From NCBI GenBank assembly GCA_041662745.1, contig JBAZRV010000002.1, positions 1 through 32,000 on the forward strand: a DNA stretch of 32,000 nucleotides. Reading direction: 5' to 3'. Below, piece after piece: positions 29,510-32,000 of the stretch. A program made the position numbers and the translations under genes. The notes under the pieces are model-generated. The model saw nothing but the letters and a program-made list of their open reading frames with translations. It was not told the origin of the DNA and made no database searches. Each line of letters starts with the position of its first letter. The stretch's first letter is position 1. Source of the DNA: Patescibacteria group bacterium. GTDB taxonomy: Bacteria; Patescibacteriota; Patescibacteriia; 2-01-FULL-39-33.

Positions 29510-31006
29510 ATGAAAGAGGCCGCTAAACAACGTTTATCGGAAATTTTTCCCGCTGCCATTGTTTGGCTGACTTTTGTTGCTGCCATAGGATTATCATTAA
29601 TAAAACCGCTTTGGGCGGTTTATTTTATTTTGATTTTTTCCGTTTATTGGATTGTCCGCTTATTTTACATGCTATGGTGGCTGATTTCCTCTTGGATCAA
29701 ATTCCGACGGAACATTAAGAAGGATTGGCTGGAGCAGGTTAAAAAGTTACCTAAAAATTATCTTGATTATTGGCATGTTATTACCTTACCCACCTACAAG
29801 GAGCCTTACGAAGTAATTGAAAGAACTTTTGAAACATTGCTTAAGTGCGATTACCCCAAGGAAAAGATGATTGTTGTTTTGGGCGGAGAAGGGGGGGATA
29901 AAGAGAATTTTTTAAAGGTGGCTGCCAAAATAGAAGCTAAATATGCGGACAGATTCAAGAAACTGATGATTACCGTGCATCCTCGCCGGCCTGATGAATT
30001 GCCGGGCAAGGGCAGTAACGTCCATTATCAGGAAGAGCGCCTTAAAGAGTATATTGATCAAGAAGGAATCCCTTATGAAGATGTGATTGTTTCTTGTTTT
30101 GATATTGAAACCCTGCCTCATCCCCAGTATTTCGCCTATTTGACTTATAAATATTTAACTCATCCTAATCCGACCCATGCCAGTTATCAGCCATTAGTGC
30201 TTTATAATAATAATATTTGGGAGTCTAATCCGATCATTCGCGTAGTGGCTTCAGCCACGACTTTTTGGCTATTGACTGATATGTCGCGCCCGGAGCGCTT
30301 GTTGACCTTTTCCAGCCATTCCATGAGTTTTAAAATGATTGTTGATGTCGGCGGTCATGAAAAGACAATTGTTTCTGAAGATTCGCGCATTTGTCTGCAG
30401 GCCGTAGATCATTACAATGGCGATTATGAAGTGGTGCCTATGTTTATTACCGTATCTATGGACACTGTCTATATTGGAAAGTTTTGGCAGTCCTTGGGCA
30501 ATCAGTATAAGCAAATGCGACGGTGGGCTTGGGGCGTAGAGCATTTCCCTTGGATGTGGGATCATTTTTTCGGCGCCCATAAAAATACTAAAATTCCCTT
30601 GCACGTGCGTTTAAGGTACTTTTGGGTGCAAGCCGAGGGCATGTATTCTTGGGCGACGGCGCCGATATTGATTTTAATTGTCGGCCGTCTGCCCTTAGCG
30701 ATGATTTCCGGCGCTGATAAAGCCACGGCTTTTGTCCAGAATGCGCCGATTACTCTTGAAAATTTAATGACTATCGGTATGGTTGGCTTGGTTTTGAACG
30801 CGGTCATGTACACCTTTTCTTTGCCGGAACGGCCAAAGCACATGTCAGTTTTTAATTGGCTGATAATGGTTCTGCAGTGGGTATTATTCCCCGTTACCAT
30901 GATTATTTTCGGCTCTATTCCGGCCATAGAATCGCAGACCCGCTTATTGCTTGGCGGCAAGTATCGTTTGGGTTTCTGGGTGACGGAAAAGAAATTAACC
31001 AAATAG
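29510..31006 (+). CDS. Membrane glycosyltransferase family 2 (processive cellulose-synthase-like)
   Basis: TM segments at both ends, LPTYKEP, PGKGSNV, SCFDIET (DxD-like), SEDSRI, QYKQMRRWAWG (QxxRW). Confidence 0.85.
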   Translation: MKEAAKQRLSEIFPAAIVWLTFVAAIGLSLIKPLWAVYFILIFSVYWIVRLFYMLWWLISSWIKFRRNIKKDWLEQVKKLPKNYLDYWHVITLPTYKEPYEVIERTFETLLKCDYPKEKMIVVLGGEGGDKENFLKVAAKIEAKYADRFKKLMITVHPRRPDELPGKGSNVHYQEERLKEYIDQEGIPYEDVIVSCFDIETLPHPQYFAYLTYKYLTHPNPTHASYQPLVLYNNNIWESNPIIRVVASATTFWLLTDMSRPERLLTFSSHSMSFKMIVDVGGHEKTIVSEDSRICLQAVDHYNGDYEVVPMFITVSMDTVYIGKFWQSLGNQYKQMRRWAWGVEHFPWMWDHFFGAHKNTKIPLHVRLRYFWVQAEGMYSWATAPILILIVGRLPLAMISGADKATAFVQNAPITLENLMTIGMVGLVLNAVMYTFSLPERPKHMSVFNWLIMVLQWVLFPVTMIIFGSIPAIESQTRLLLGGKYRLGFWVTEKKLTK

Positions 31007-31007
31007 C

Positions 31008-32000
31008 ATGATTAGTCCTAAAGTTACCATAATTATTGTTACCAGAAACAGCCAGCGTTTTATGGCGTCTTGTTTGGATTCAATTTATGCCCAGACTTAT
31101 CGTGATTTCCAGGTTTTGGTGATTGATAATGACAGCCATGACGGCACGGTAGAATTTGTCCGTTCTAATTATCCGCAAACCGTGATGTTCGTCAATAATA
31201 AGAACTCTGGTTTTGCTAAAGCCAACAATCAAGGCATCAGGCTGATTAAGTCGCCGTTTTTTCTATTATGCAATCCGGATATAATTTTGGAACCCGATTG
31301 GCTGGAAAAGATCATGTCCATAGCCGAGTTGGAACAAAACAATGATTGCGCCAGTTTCGGCGGGAAACTGCTTAAGTTAAAATTAATTAATGCGGAAATA
31401 GGCGAAACGGAAAAAACCGAAATCATTGATTCTTGCGGTTTAAAATTCCTCAAAAATCATCGTTTTGTGGAATGGGGGGCCGGTGATCCGGCAGCAGAAT
31501 ACAATCAGGCGCAAGAGGTGTTCGGCCATTCCGGCGCTTTAGTGTTGTTGCGTAAAGAGTCATTGGAACAGGTTGTTATTCAGGATAGGCACCATTATAC
31601 CGGTGATTTTTTGGACAGTAATTTTTTCTTTTATAAAGAAGATGTGGATTTGGCTTGGCGTTTGCGCCTGCAGGGTTTTAGATCGATGTTCATACCCGAG
31701 GCCGTGGCTTATCATTTGCGAACCTTTCCGGCAGCGCAGAATAATCGCTTGGGCGAGGTGGTTGCCAATCGCCGCCAGCAAAATGATCTGGCTCGCTATT
31801 ATTCTTACCGTAATCATTTTTTGGTCTTGCTGGGCAATGAATATTTATCCAATCTAATCATTTATTCGCCGTTCATCGCCTGGTATGAGCTGAAGAAATT
31901 CTGTTATTTGTTGATTTTTGAAATTAGGAATTTAAAAGCGATTGCCGAAGTGATCGGGATGTTGCCCCAAACATTAGCCAAGCGCCGGCAGATTTTTCGA
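31008..32000 (+). CDS. Glycosyltransferase family 2, rhamnosyltransferase-like; truncated by window end
   Basis: MISPKVTIIIVTRNSQRFMASCLDSI...VIDNDSHDGTVEFV...GFAKANNQGI...LLCNPDI...FFYKEDVDLAWRLRLQG; open through 32000, hence absent from the ORF track. Confidence 0.9.
   Translation, partial: MISPKVTIIIVTRNSQRFMASCLDSIYAQTYRDFQVLVIDNDSHDGTVEFVRSNYPQTVMFVNNKNSGFAKANNQGIRLIKSPFFLLCNPDIILEPDWLEKIMSIAELEQNNDCASFGGKLLKLKLINAEIGETEKTEIIDSCGLKFLKNHRFVEWGAGDPAAEYNQAQEVFGHSGALVLLRKESLEQVVIQDRHHYTGDFLDSNFFFYKEDVDLAWRLRLQGFRSMFIPEAVAYHLRTFPAAQNNRLGEVVANRRQQNDLARYYSYRNHFLVLLGNEYLSNLIIYSPFIAWYELKKFCYLLIFEIRNLKAIAEVIGMLPQTLAKRRQIFR

Overview
AT-rich bacterial chromosomal window whose content and order look like Patescibacteria/CPR (inference from protein style; no database search was possible). 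Left part: a sparse region with several strong inverted repeats (about 430-770), a small membrane protein, an SDR oxidoreductase, a membrane protein behind a good promoter and a possible pseudoknotted leader, tRNA-Arg(GCG), recG, and radA (minus). Middle: a four-gene minus-strand cell-surface cluster (two paralogous T4SS-pilin-like proteins, a TolB-like propeller protein, a membrane protein). It is divergent from two large secreted repeat/adhesin-like proteins, with a 19-nt palindrome in the shared intergenic region. Right: a type IV pilus cluster (pilM, pilN-like, pilO-like, PilP-like, pilB, CheY-like receiver, a PilT-like ATPase, pilC, major pilin, pilin-like protein, pilD, four minor pilins), then ligA and two family-2 glycosyltransferases, the last cut by the window end. 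The observations most worth following up are: (1) the PilT-like ATPase has lost the Walker A lysine, the Walker B/GE glutamate position and the His box; (2) the PilN-like protein carries two PilM-hook-like motifs; (3) the T4SS-pilin-like/propeller/adhesin divergent locus with its palindromic operator candidate; (4) structured non-coding DNA at 430-660; (5) a G34 tRNA-Arg. No CRISPR, rRNA, intact transposon or recognisable defence system was found.
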